From contig JANQNK010000001.1 in assembly GCA_028279595.1 (NCBI GenBank), positions 64,001 through 128,000 on the forward strand: 64,000 nt of DNA, in the 5' to 3' direction. The stretch's first letter is position 1, and every line of letters starts with the position of its first letter. Shown piece after piece: positions 10,023-19,664 of the stretch. Source of the stretch: Thermoplasmatota archaeon. GTDB lineage: Archaea > Thermoplasmatota > JAKEGO01. The position numbers and the translations under genes were made by a program. The notes beneath the pieces were generated by a model that saw only the letters and a program-made list of their open reading frames with translations, did no database searches and was not told the DNA's origin.

Positions 10023-11666
10023 ATGCGTGTCTGTTGGCGAATCGCGTTTGGTTTGATGTCGATCTTAATCCTTGTTACGTTCCTTACTGGAGCGACCGAG
10101 GGTAGTGTCGATGTCACAGGTATCGATGTCGAAAAAGGAACAATTTGGATAGGATCGCACGAGGTCGCGACCTTCAACGTCACCATCAACATCACAGCCG
10201 ACGGCGGAGAGGCCGACATCTACGTCAACCTCTCGGACGAGCTGGCCGGATGGAGCTCATGGGTCGAAGGATCCGATGACTCCCACGTCTTTGAGAACGT
10301 CAGCACGACCCAGCAGATAATATTCAACGTGATCGTCGACCCCGACTCCGAGGCCGAGGAGGACGACCAGAGCACCACCGACATCTCGGTCCAGTCCTCG
10401 AACGGGACGAACAGGTTGAGGACCGTCAAGACAAAGATCAGAGGGTATTCAATATCTGTCGCATTTCCCACGAACAAAACGAAGGTAAGCCCTGTGGAGG
10501 GGGACAATAACGAGACACTACAGTTCGATGTAGAGAACACGGGCGATGGACCGGACGACATCGAGATCAGGATATCAGAGACGCCTGGCCTCGAGGGCTC
10601 GGACATCGAGCCTGGTGAACTCAATTGGATCAGCTCCATAGGCCCATTTGACGACAAAGCGAACGGAACTTCCTACCTTTTCGAAGACCTGGAGGCCAAT
10701 ACTCCTCAGACGGTATTCCTGGAGTTCGACGTTGGCACAATACCCGTCGATGCCGAGGCTGGTGAATATTCCTTCATGGTGCACATAGAATCGAAGGGAG
10801 CAGCTCATGGGGATCCCGATGCAAACGAGTATGTCAATATCACGTTGGAGATCGAAAAGGTAGCCGGTTTCGAATGGACCATGGACATGGATGATGGAGA
10901 GATCGACCCCACCGGTCTCGACAAACAGGATGAAATCGATGTACCAATAACCATTCACAACCAGGGTAACTTCGATGATGCATACAAGGTCGAGACCGTG
11001 GGTCTTTCCCCTGACGTTGATGTGATCTTCGGATGGCATGATACAAATCCCGCAACATTTAATATCGATTCAGATCAGGAAGCGGTAGTAACGATGGTGA
11101 TTACAGTTGATGAGGACATACTCGAGGGTTGGAACAATTTCACTGTTCGAATATCCTCTTCGGATGCTAGTTCTGAGACAAGAAAATTCAATCTATCCAT
11201 CCTTGCCCCCGACATCAAGATCGCCGACAATGACATCACACTTTCCGAAAACGTTACGGACATTGAGGAGAATGACGATGTCCTCGTTCACGTCCGCATT
11301 TGGAACAACGGTTCAGGTCCAGTAGAGGATCTCGTGATCAACTTCATCGTTGGTAGTACATGGGTGGACAACGTCACGATCGAGGAAATCGGAGCTGATC
11401 GGTGGGAAGACATTGATTTCAACTGGACCATCGGGAACACCACCGACCAGACGATAAAGATCCAGACGGACGGTGCCAAACCGGACGAACTGAACGTCAT
11501 CAAGACCTTCAGCTTCCCAAAGATCGTTGAGGAAGAGCCAGAAACCCCTGAGGACGACGAGGAAGACAAGGGAGGATTGACGGCGACACAGGCCGGGGTC
11601 GCTGGACTGCTGGTCATCGTTGTAGTGGTCGTGGCACTGTTCTTCCTGATGCAGAGGAAGAAGTAG
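10023..11666 (+). CDS. Secreted, C-terminally anchored acidic multi-Ig-domain surface protein (CARDB-like), paralog 2
   Basis: Colinear with 8350-9936 (e.g. KVSP.EG, QF.VENTGD.PDDI, EFDVG..P.DA, NFDD, PDI, WNNG). TM followed by QRKK tail. Confidence 0.75.
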   Translation: MRVCWRIAFGLMSILILVTFLTGATEGSVDVTGIDVEKGTIWIGSHEVATFNVTINITADGGEADIYVNLSDELAGWSSWVEGSDDSHVFENVSTTQQIIFNVIVDPDSEAEEDDQSTTDISVQSSNGTNRLRTVKTKIRGYSISVAFPTNKTKVSPVEGDNNETLQFDVENTGDGPDDIEIRISETPGLEGSDIEPGELNWISSIGPFDDKANGTSYLFEDLEANTPQTVFLEFDVGTIPVDAEAGEYSFMVHIESKGAAHGDPDANEYVNITLEIEKVAGFEWTMDMDDGEIDPTGLDKQDEIDVPITIHNQGNFDDAYKVETVGLSPDVDVIFGWHDTNPATFNIDSDQEAVVTMVITVDEDILEGWNNFTVRISSSDASSETRKFNLSILAPDIKIADNDITLSENVTDIEENDDVLVHVRIWNNGSGPVEDLVINFIVGSTWVDNVTIEEIGADRWEDIDFNWTIGNTTDQTIKIQTDGAKPDELNVIKTFSFPKIVEEEPETPEDDEEDKGGLTATQAGVAGLLVIVVVVVALFFLMQRKK

Positions 11667-11668
11667 TA

Positions 11669-12664
11669 TCAATCTCCGAAGACACCCTTGATCTCATCCG
11701 CCTTCAGAACACCCTTCTCGGTGATGAAGCCAGTGATATACCTCGCAGGAGTGACGTCAAATGCCGGATTGCGGGCCACTGCGCCCTCCGGACCGACTCG
11801 CAAGCCTCCCCACTCCAGTACTTCGTCCTGAGACCGCTCCTCGATTGGAATGGCGTCTCCGGATTCGGCGGTGGGATCGAACGTCGTCGCGGGAGCGGCG
11901 ATGTAGAATGGGATACCATTCTCATGTGCAACGACAGCCTTCTCGTAGGTACCGATCTTGTTAGCGGCATCGCCGTTCATCGCGATCCTGTCGGCACCAG
12001 TTATTACCATGTCGACCTCGCCCCGGGACATGAAGTGTCCCGCAGCGTTGTCCACGATTATCGCGTTGGGTATCCCTTCCATCCTGAGCTCCCAGGCCGT
12101 CAATCTGGCACCCTGGTAACGGGGCCGGGTCTCGTCGACGAAGACATAGGGCTTCTTGCCATGGTAATGGGCGAACCTTATCGGTGCGAGCGCCGTTCCC
12201 CAGTAAACGGTAGCTAAAGCCCCGGCGTTGCAATGAGTGAGTATCTTCATATCCTTCGAGATCAGCTCGGCACCGGTCTCTCCGATGGTCCTGCAGGCCT
12301 CCTCGATCTCAGAAGCGTAATCTATCGCTGCCGCAACGGGGTCCTTCCCCGATGTCCAGACGTCAGCTATCCTGTCGACCGCGGTGAAGAGGTCCTTCGC
12401 AGTTGGACGGCTCGCTTCGAGCTTCTCTTTGGCTTTATCCATGTCAACGCCATTGACGTATGCAAGTGCCATTCCGTAGGCTGCGGCGATACCGATGGCG
12501 GGAGCTCCCCTGACCACCATATCGGTTATGCTGGCCGCAAGCTTATCGACGCTGTGGATATTCTCGAAGACGAAGTCGTGCGGCAGCATCCTCTGGTCGA
12601 GCATGACGATGTGGTCGTCCTTCCACTCAACTGCCAAGGGGACCTTCTGCTCGGGAGCCGTCAT
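11669..12664 (-). CDS. mtnA: S-methyl-5-thioribose-1-phosphate isomerase
   Basis: DQRMLP, VRGAPAIG, LTHCNAGALAT, DETRP..QGARLT, NKIGTY, NPAFDVTP. Confidence 0.93.
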   Translation of the reverse strand: MTAPEQKVPLAVEWKDDHIVMLDQRMLPHDFVFENIHSVDKLAASITDMVVRGAPAIGIAAAYGMALAYVNGVDMDKAKEKLEASRPTAKDLFTAVDRIADVWTSGKDPVAAAIDYASEIEEACRTIGETGAELISKDMKILTHCNAGALATVYWGTALAPIRFAHYHGKKPYVFVDETRPRYQGARLTAWELRMEGIPNAIIVDNAAGHFMSRGEVDMVITGADRIAMNGDAANKIGTYEKAVVAHENGIPFYIAAPATTFDPTAESGDAIPIEERSQDEVLEWGGLRVGPEGAVARNPAFDVTPARYITGFITEKGVLKADEIKGVFGD

Positions 12665-12741
12665 GGTGATGTGAACGGTCTGGCGATACTTTACACTAAC
12701 CATGGCAACGCTTTTCTATAACTCAGACCTACACGAAAGAG

Positions 12742-13650
12742 ATGGAGATCGTCGTAGTGGGAGCTGGCGCTCTCGGCTCCCTCGTCGGAGGACTGCTCTC
12801 GGGCAGTCATGACGTCCACCTGCTGGGCAGGGGACCTCACATCGAGGCCATCAAGAAGAACGGCCTAACCATCACAGGGATCACCGAGAAGCACATCATG
12901 CTTCCAGCGTCCGACAACACCGGGGACATGCCTCACAATCCCGACCTCATGATATTCACCGTCAAGGCCTACAATACCAGGGAAGCGGCGAGGGTCACCC
13001 ACGACCTCGCAGGACCACGGACCCGCGTCCTGACACTTTCGAACGGACTCTGCAACACCGAGATCCTGCAGGACGAGTTCGGCACACACAGGACCATATC
13101 CGGTGTAACCAGCATGGCCGCCACCAGGCTCGACGACGGCGTCGTCGTCCACGCGGGTGTTGGACAGACAGTCATAGGCCGCCCGGATGGCAAGATAGAC
13201 GACGATGTCCGCGAGATCGCCGAGGTCCTGAGCCTGGCCTCACCGCTTACGACGAGCGAGAACATGTGCGGCGTCCTGCATCAGAAGGCCATCGCCAACG
13301 CTGCGATCAATCCTCTCACCGCGATAAACGACATCCCCAACGGCGAACTCCTTGAGCGCGAGGACCTGCGGGAGATGTTGGAAGCGATAGTCCAGGAGAG
13401 CGTCACTGTCGCTGAATCCCGCGGCATCATCCTGCCTGAAGAAGACGTGCTCGAATATGTCCTTGAGATCGTCAGGAACACTTCCGAGAACCGGTCCAGC
13501 ATGCTTCAGGACATCGACAAGAGACGTCCGACCGAGGTTGACTACATCAATGGTGCTTTCTACACATACGGTAAGGAGGTCGGCGTGGAGACACCTGTGA
13601 ACCTGGAACTCGTACGCGCTGTCCACAAGATCGAACGGGAATTCGATTGA
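12742..13650 (+). CDS. panE: 2-dehydropantoate 2-reductase
   Basis: GAGALG Rossmann motif, VKAY, K...N..INPLTA, SSMLQD, TEVDYING. Confidence 0.93.
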   Translation: MEIVVVGAGALGSLVGGLLSGSHDVHLLGRGPHIEAIKKNGLTITGITEKHIMLPASDNTGDMPHNPDLMIFTVKAYNTREAARVTHDLAGPRTRVLTLSNGLCNTEILQDEFGTHRTISGVTSMAATRLDDGVVVHAGVGQTVIGRPDGKIDDDVREIAEVLSLASPLTTSENMCGVLHQKAIANAAINPLTAINDIPNGELLEREDLREMLEAIVQESVTVAESRGIILPEEDVLEYVLEIVRNTSENRSSMLQDIDKRRPTEVDYINGAFYTYGKEVGVETPVNLELVRAVHKIEREFD

Positions 13651-13652
13651 AA

Positions 13653-14156
13653 CTACTTCTCGACGACTACCTTTCCTCTCGCCGACGGAACCACCTTCAT
13701 CGGTCCGTCGAAGTCCTTCTCGAGCTCCTTTCCTTTGAATAACCTGTCAAGGAACACCGCCAGCGCAGCCACCTCGGAATGAGGCTGGTTACCAACGGCA
13801 ATGTTGTGATCGGATAGTTCGTACACGTCCCCGGGGACCTTCTCCGCCCCCACGACGATCATGACGTCCTTCCCGCGAAGGGAATCAACGACATCGTCCA
13901 GCTGCTCGCCGTACATGGTAAGGTGAACGACGGGACCGTCCCACTCCTTCATGGATCTACGGTACCCTTTGACAGCTGTGACCTGGAAATCTCCACCAAA
14001 ACGCTCGGCGACCCCGTCCACCGCTGAAGCGATGGCGGGGTCGTCACCTACGAGGACCAGACCGTCCGCTCCAAAAGCCCTGGCTACAAGCGCCACGTGC
14101 GTGGTTATCCTCTTGTCCCGTTGCGGTCTATGACCGATACGGAGTACGGTGAGCAT
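13653..14156 (-). CDS. trm56: tRNA (cytidine(56)-2'-O)-methyltransferase
   Basis: LRIGHRPQRDKRITTHV, HLTMYG, GAEKVP, NQPHSEVAALA. Confidence 0.96.
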   Translation of the reverse strand: MLTVLRIGHRPQRDKRITTHVALVARAFGADGLVLVGDDPAIASAVDGVAERFGGDFQVTAVKGYRRSMKEWDGPVVHLTMYGEQLDDVVDSLRGKDVMIVVGAEKVPGDVYELSDHNIAVGNQPHSEVAALAVFLDRLFKGKELEKDFDGPMKVVPSARGKVVVEK

Positions 14157-14607
14157 CGATCTCGACCCTGGAGTGGAAGAGGATATACGTGCTCATCGAC
14201 GTCAGCAGGAACGCGATGAGAGCGTGACCAGCCTGCCCTCCGAAGTAGTTTATGGCCGAACCGATGATCACAAGCGACAGCATGAAGATCACACCGGTCA
14301 TGAACCTGATGTTCAGGCTCTCGCTCGGCTTGAGGTCTATGTGGAGGACCTCGATCTTCAGCAACAGCGCCATGAGGAAACCCATTATCACGCAGAGCAT
14401 GGTCACTCCTATGACCTCGCTCTGAAGGTGCTGGATGAAGAAGTAGAAGTACGCTCCCAACGCGGTGAATCCCATCCCGGATACCGCTGCGAGGTTCTTC
14501 TCGTCCAGCAACTGCAGCATGTCCCCTAAGGGGGTAGATGCCTTCGGCGTCAGCTTAACGGGTGCCCACTTGTTCTGCGGGTTATGACTTACTCTCCTCA
14601 TGTCCAT
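14128..14607 (-). CDS. Hypothetical 4-TM membrane protein
   Basis: Four hydrophobic segments with host-like codon usage. Start uncertain. Confidence 0.6.
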   Translation of the reverse strand: MDMRRVSHNPQNKWAPVKLTPKASTPLGDMLQLLDEKNLAAVSGMGFTALGAYFYFFIQHLQSEVIGVTMLCVIMGFLMALLLKIEVLHIDLKPSESLNIRFMTGVIFMLSLVIIGSAINYFGGQAGHALIAFLLTSMSTYILFHSRVEIDAHRTPYRS

Positions 14608-14851
14608 CTCCTGGATCTACGGGTGCTGAGTGCACCCCATCCCAACTTCTCATAATGCTCAGGGCATATAAACCTTTCCTATGAAATTCTAAGGAAAACG
14701 GCAATTCTTTTATATAAGAAGTTAAAACTCGGGCGAAAAGTGGTCAAACCGTCATTTCCGGTGGAATCTACTTATGAAATGGCTTGTCGAATTATCAATT
14801 TCAGTCTTCTCTACCCTGAAATTGCATGAACTTGAATAGATATCAAGGGTC

Positions 14852-15343
14852 ATGCCAGTGGAAATTTCTGAATATCGGGCAATTGAATATGCGACAAATT
14901 TGTCCATATCAATAATTGATAAACAATTTCAGTCTGCTGATACCTTACAGATTAAAGCCAATTGGTTAATCCTTGCATCAGCTTTGATCGCCTCTCTACT
15001 CAGTATCCAACAATTACCAAATTCATTTCAACCTCACGTCACATTTTTCTCATTTTCAATCGTTGCCTTGATTTCCTCTATTATCCTCTCACTTCTTGCA
15101 TCCTTTGGGTTCAGATTCAAGTATATAATCCATCCAGAATCATTATGGGAACACGTCGATAGAAATGAATCGCTTGAGGAATTACAACTCCAGGTAATAG
15201 CAAATATTATCGACTCGTATGAAAAGAACCGGGTTAGCTTATTCAGACGAGACAGATACATTTCATATTCAATCATTGCTTACGTTTTCGCACTCTTATC
15301 GATGGGTTTATACTTGCTCGTTCCAATAATAGTGATAGCATGA
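14852..15343 (+). CDS. AT-rich 3-TM membrane protein (D..KA motif before TM1, loosely Pycsar-effector-like architecture)
   Basis: SADTLQIKANWLI followed by three TM segments. Lies in an AT-rich insert. Confidence 0.7.
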   Translation: MPVEISEYRAIEYATNLSISIIDKQFQSADTLQIKANWLILASALIASLLSIQQLPNSFQPHVTFFSFSIVALISSIILSLLASFGFRFKYIIHPESLWEHVDRNESLEELQLQVIANIIDSYEKNRVSLFRRDRYISYSIIAYVFALLSMGLYLLVPIIVIA

Positions 15344-15426
15344 AAAAGAAAAAGAACTCCATCCTACCTCAGGCAGATACAAAGCGTAGCTCAGAACTCA
15401 TGAAAGCCGAAAGTAAGGATGATTAG
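15340..15426 (+). CDS. Putative 28-aa micro-peptide MKKKKNSILPQADTKRSSELMKAESKDD
   Basis: ATGA overlap with the stop of 14852-15343. Not in ORF track. Confidence 0.5.
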   Translation: MKKKKNSILPQADTKRSSELMKAESKDD

Positions 15427-15511
15427 ATATGACATGAATTGACCTTTATTTTCTGCGATCATTAGTGAAATCTGTAAAATCTTATATACCGACTTCAGCC
15501 TTCCTCACAGT

Positions 15512-16294
15512 ATGTTGAGGCCCAGGCCGACCACCATTCTCCAGAGGAAGGGCGAAGGCAAGGACATGGTCACGTTCACCCTGGACTACAGGGTCAAGGC
15601 CAAGCCGGGGAACTTCCTGATGATCTGGCTCCCCTACGACAGCAATGGTGAGAGGAACGACGAGATATCCGACGAGGTCCCGATGAGCATATCGAAGATC
15701 CGGAAAGCGAACCTGTCGTTCACCGTCAAGGCCGTCGGCCCGACCACTAGCGAAATGATCAAATTGAAGCCAGGCGACAAGGTGGGCGTCTCCGGTCCGT
15801 TCGGGAACAACTTCTCGGTGGAGGAGCGCAAGTCCTTGCTCGTCGGTGGCGGCGTCGGCACGGCACCGCTTATGCCAGTATATCGGCGAATGGTCGCCAG
15901 GGGCATAGATCACAAGTTCATAATCGGCGGAGCCACACGGGAGGACATCCCGTACCTGACCGTCCTTCGGGCCCAGGAGGACACCCACGTCTCGACGGAG
16001 GACGGCTCCCTCGGGACCCACGGGAACGTGCTCCACGTAATGGAGGATTTCGAACTCGCGGACTTCGACGTCCTGTACAGCTGCGGTCCCATGCCCATGC
16101 TCAGGGCGATCTGGGATATCGTCAAGGACATCGACATAGACGTCGAGATGAGCCTGGAGTCCTATCTCAGGTGCGGCCGCGGCCTCTGCGGCTCGTGCGC
16201 CAGGGGCAAGTACAGGATCTGCAAAGAGGGGCCTGTCTTTAACAGGAAGATGCTGGAGGAGGTAGGATTCCCGAAACCGGTAAGCGAAGAGTGA
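15512..16294 (+). CDS. pyrK: Dihydroorotate dehydrogenase electron transfer subunit
   Basis: GPFGN, GGGVG.AP, CGPMPM, CG.G.CGSC and C.EGPVF (FAD plus 2Fe-2S motifs). Confidence 0.9.
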   Translation: MLRPRPTTILQRKGEGKDMVTFTLDYRVKAKPGNFLMIWLPYDSNGERNDEISDEVPMSISKIRKANLSFTVKAVGPTTSEMIKLKPGDKVGVSGPFGNNFSVEERKSLLVGGGVGTAPLMPVYRRMVARGIDHKFIIGGATREDIPYLTVLRAQEDTHVSTEDGSLGTHGNVLHVMEDFELADFDVLYSCGPMPMLRAIWDIVKDIDIDVEMSLESYLRCGRGLCGSCARGKYRICKEGPVFNRKMLEEVGFPKPVSEE

Positions 16295-16698
16295 GGAAGG
16301 GCAAGAAGAAGGAAGGCCCCTACGGTCTCCCGATGGTCCTCGCCAGAAAGGTTCCGGTCAGGGTTCCGGTCAAGACCGAGGTCCAGGACGACGAGACCGT
16401 TGTACTGATCTATCCGAAGGTATTCACCCGTCTGGAAGGCTGGATATTCCGTCGCGTCGGAGGGGTCTCCGACATCCGCAGACCGCTCGACGAGATGGGC
16501 ACGGACATCTGGAACCTCTGCGACGGTGAACACAACGTCGGAGAGATCTGCAAGATCATGCACGAGAAGTACGGGGAGGACCTCGAGCCTGTAGCACCCC
16601 GTTGCTGGACCTTCGTCAAGATGCTCTCGGACAGGAACCTCGTGCTCATCCTCCACAAGAAGGTCCCCCTGGAGAAGAAGGAGGAGAATGATGAGTGA
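16291..16698 (+). CDS. PqqD-family (RiPP recognition element-like) protein
   Basis: LDEMGTDIWNLCDGEHNVGEI...F...L....L motif. GTG start overlaps the pyrK stop. Confidence 0.8.
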   Translation: MRKGKKKEGPYGLPMVLARKVPVRVPVKTEVQDDETVVLIYPKVFTRLEGWIFRRVGGVSDIRRPLDEMGTDIWNLCDGEHNVGEICKIMHEKYGEDLEPVAPRCWTFVKMLSDRNLVLILHKKVPLEKKEENDE

Positions 16699-16852
16699 GG
16701 AGGAGACGGTTCTCCTGTGTCCTCACTGTCTGAAGTCCAATCTGAAGGTCGTCGGCGGTTTCATGGGGACTCAATACCTCTGCAAGGATTGTGGGTATCA
16801 GGGTGCCTTGATCCTCGAGGTCGACGAGAAGGATGTTCCAGATCAGGATTGA
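16691..16852 (+). CDS. 53-aa zinc-ribbon protein (CPHC...CKDCGY)
   Basis: GAGGAG SD, host codon usage, two CxxC motifs. Not in ORF track. Confidence 0.8.
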   Translation: MSEEETVLLCPHCLKSNLKVVGGFMGTQYLCKDCGYQGALILEVDEKDVPDQD

Positions 16853-19440
16853 AGCTGTTTTAATTGGTCAGAGTATTGTTTCAATCTTCGCTTATCTCCA
16901 CTTATAGAATAGAGGTTACATTTCTCTTCGAAAACTAGTTCAAGTGCTTTTTCATCATTAAGCTCACGAGCAATCTCTTCACCCATATTAAGAAATCGCT
17001 CTGCTATCTGATAATCTCCTCTCATTGCGTAAAATGACCCATAACCAACCTTTGAATATATGAATCCTGAGGCAAAATGGACGTTGTAAAAGGTTCTCGT
17101 ACTCTCCTTTAGATATTCTAATGCCTTAGAAAAATCGCTTGATTCAATATAAACGCTGGCCAAATTATATTGCATTACTGCAGTTAACCGATAGTTACCT
17201 GTTGATAATCCTATCTCAATCCCGCGAATCCAATTTCGTTTCGCAGAATGCAAATCACCCTGTCTGTAATATAAACGTCCAACATAGTTCAATGCCTCTG
17301 CAAGATTGTATAATGCCCCTTCCTCTTCGAAAATTCGTGCAGCTTCAAGTGCACAATTGAGGTTTTCGTCAGTTATGAAACTTCTTGCCATCAGGACCTT
17401 TCCCTCAAGAATATTATCCTTCTCTCCTTTTGCGAGAACAATGGCTTCTTTAAAGGCATCTTCACCTTGATCCTTCTTCCCCAATCGTGTGAACGCTTTC
17501 CCCTTCCAATGTAACGCCTCTGCCCTATTCATAGGAGTAACAAATTCATTGTCAACTATTATTTCATCCATCATAGCAATACATTTGTCAAATTGCCCCT
17601 CGTAATAATATCCACGTCCAATGATCATTTTACCCTTATATTTGAACTTATCATATTCGGATAGACTGTTGGACTCGATACTTTTAATAATTTCTTTAGT
17701 TTCATGATATTCTCCTAAGGATAAATGTGTTTCTAATCTGAATATATTGAAACGAGATAACCACTCAAGATCAATAACATCAACAAAATTCTCGATTATC
17801 TCCTGTATTTCACCCACATATCCGTATTCAATAAATCGCGGTAAGAATTCATTTAACAATTCTATACCTTTTGAAAAGGATTTTCCATACATGTAGTGAT
17901 AAAATGCTTCAACCTGATCTTCGAATCGAGATTCAGATAATGATTTAGCTGCTTCTATGTGAAGATCTCTCCTCATTGACTCAGGAATTCCTTCATAAAT
18001 AACTCCACGAATCATATCGTGAAGAGCTATTTCACTACCTGTTTCAGCGATTAAAGATAGTGAAATTAATCGGAATAATATATCAATATCTTCTTCCGTT
18101 CTTGTAATTAAATCAATGCTAATTGGTTTTCTATAAACTGCAACTTTACGGAGAAATGAACGCAAATCCGGAGAGAGATTATTCATAATCTCATCTTTTA
18201 CATACGTTGATAAATTCGAAGCCCCATCGAGTCCATCTGTCCCCCCTATTAGATCGATGGCAAGCGGATGGCCCCCAGTCACTTGATAGATTGTTGGATA
18301 ATGAGAAGGATCAATAATCCCTCTCTCCTCTAGCAGAGACTTCATTGAGGTGTAATCAATGCCACCAAGATGCATCTCATAAACCTTTTTTTCTGCGATC
18401 ACGTCTTTTTGACCATAGAATTCCGGACTCAACCTAGAAAGAACGCACATATGAAGGTCATCGGAACTCGATACAATTGTGAATATCATACTGATAAGTC
18501 GTTTGGTATCCTCATTCGCTTTTTGATAGTCGTCGAATACGATAATAACATTTTCTCCGCTGAGATCTTCAGAAATAATTTGATGTACCTCCCAGAGGTC
18601 AAAGTGCTGTATCCCATCTACATCTCCGTCGTGTAATCCAGCCTTGAGATAATCCATGAGTCGAGCCTTATTAATATCATTTAGAAACTTCGATAGGACG
18701 ACTAATATACTTCGTGCAGAGTCCCATTCATGTATCGGGTAATAAATCGTTTCATAACCATAATAGGTGGATAAAAAACTCGATATTAATGACGTTTTCC
18801 CCATTCCAGGAAGGCCAATTATTACTATTGTGTTAGGTCCATTATCGATGAGATCTTCAAGGAGTCCCAACTCATTCTCACGCCCAACAATTTTGATTTC
18901 AGGTAAAGAAATATGGTGATTGATACGGCCAATTTCATCTATGACGGATTTTAAAGATATATTCTCAATAAGGTCTCCTTCAGTAACGATATTAGAGAAT
19001 ACTTTCTCAAACCTAATAAAAAATTCAAATGTAGGAATTTCCGCTCCATATATCCTGTAAATCTGAGAAAAAGTCATGTGCTCTAGTGTTCCATCTTTTA
19101 ATATTTGGAATTCCTCGTTATTTACTCTGGACGCGACTTCGTTCGCTACTGTATACCCTTCTGTTGATAAGAAATATACAAATCGAACGCGGCGCCCCCC
19201 CTCAATATTTGACTTTTTTTGCTCCACAAGGTTCATATGACGCAACTCTTTCAAAGCCCTTGAAGCATGATTCCATCGAATGCCGACCGATTCTGCAATA
19301 CCTTCTTGGGTGATATCATGAGGAAGACTTTTTACCACAAACTCCGCATCCATATCTATGGGGTCCAACATATTATCGATCGGGAAATCCAAGAGGAAGA
19401 ACAAGACACGGTCCTTTACCGTTAGCTCTTCGAATGTCAT
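16843..19440 (-). CDS. wHTH - STAND NTPase - TPR protein, paralog A (AT-rich)
   Basis: N-terminal TQEGIAESVGI..NHASRALKEL HTH, VGRE, Walker A GLPGMGKT, Walker B IVFDDY, TGGHPLA, LHDMIR, C-terminal TPRs. Confidence 0.9.
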   Translation of the reverse strand: MTFEELTVKDRVLFFLLDFPIDNMLDPIDMDAEFVVKSLPHDITQEGIAESVGIRWNHASRALKELRHMNLVEQKKSNIEGGRRVRFVYFLSTEGYTVANEVASRVNNEEFQILKDGTLEHMTFSQIYRIYGAEIPTFEFFIRFEKVFSNIVTEGDLIENISLKSVIDEIGRINHHISLPEIKIVGRENELGLLEDLIDNGPNTIVIIGLPGMGKTSLISSFLSTYYGYETIYYPIHEWDSARSILVVLSKFLNDINKARLMDYLKAGLHDGDVDGIQHFDLWEVHQIISEDLSGENVIIVFDDYQKANEDTKRLISMIFTIVSSSDDLHMCVLSRLSPEFYGQKDVIAEKKVYEMHLGGIDYTSMKSLLEERGIIDPSHYPTIYQVTGGHPLAIDLIGGTDGLDGASNLSTYVKDEIMNNLSPDLRSFLRKVAVYRKPISIDLITRTEEDIDILFRLISLSLIAETGSEIALHDMIRGVIYEGIPESMRRDLHIEAAKSLSESRFEDQVEAFYHYMYGKSFSKGIELLNEFLPRFIEYGYVGEIQEIIENFVDVIDLEWLSRFNIFRLETHLSLGEYHETKEIIKSIESNSLSEYDKFKYKGKMIIGRGYYYEGQFDKCIAMMDEIIVDNEFVTPMNRAEALHWKGKAFTRLGKKDQGEDAFKEAIVLAKGEKDNILEGKVLMARSFITDENLNCALEAARIFEEEGALYNLAEALNYVGRLYYRQGDLHSAKRNWIRGIEIGLSTGNYRLTAVMQYNLASVYIESSDFSKALEYLKESTRTFYNVHFASGFIYSKVGYGSFYAMRGDYQIAERFLNMGEEIARELNDEKALELVFEEKCNLYSISGDKRRLKQYSDQLKQLQS

Positions 19441-19488
19441 GATTGCTGTATGTTTCTTTTAATATATAAAATTTCCTTAAGTAAGATA

Positions 19489-19509
19489 TAAATTACGCTA
19501 TGTAATTTA
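19489..19509. promoter_or_regulatory. Perfect inverted repeat TAAATTAC-N5-GTAATTTA in the divergent promoter (candidate operator)
   Basis: 8-bp arms overlapping the GATATAAA box at 19485-19492. Confidence 0.5.
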
Positions 19510-19588
19510 GTACAAGCCGAAACACCGCATTTTCCTATCCAGATAATAGATTTTTCGACCTTTGGGGGGGGGAGGAGGTGTAAGACAT

Positions 19589-19651
19589 ATGCCAGGAAAG
19601 TATGGACTACTCGTAAGAATGGAAAGCTTGAAAGAGATCGGGAGGAACTGA
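19589..19651 (+). CDS. 20-aa micro-peptide P1 MPGKYGLLVRMESLKEIGRN
   Basis: GGAGGAGGTG SD. Homologous to P2 at 20367-20432. Confidence 0.85.
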   Translation: MPGKYGLLVRMESLKEIGRN

Positions 19652-19664
19652 GGGGGTTTTGCTT

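Noticed and set aside
14610-14650. Leader hairpin GGGTGC/GCACCC resembling a fluoride riboswitch 5' end
   Set aside because: The downstream pseudoknot (AUGAC) element is absent. A 6-bp GC stem is expected by chance.
14796-14935. 12-nt direct repeat CAATTTCAGTCT (14796 and 14924) as an insertion signature
   Set aside because: The second copy is inside the CDS, so the pair does not flank the AT-rich insert.
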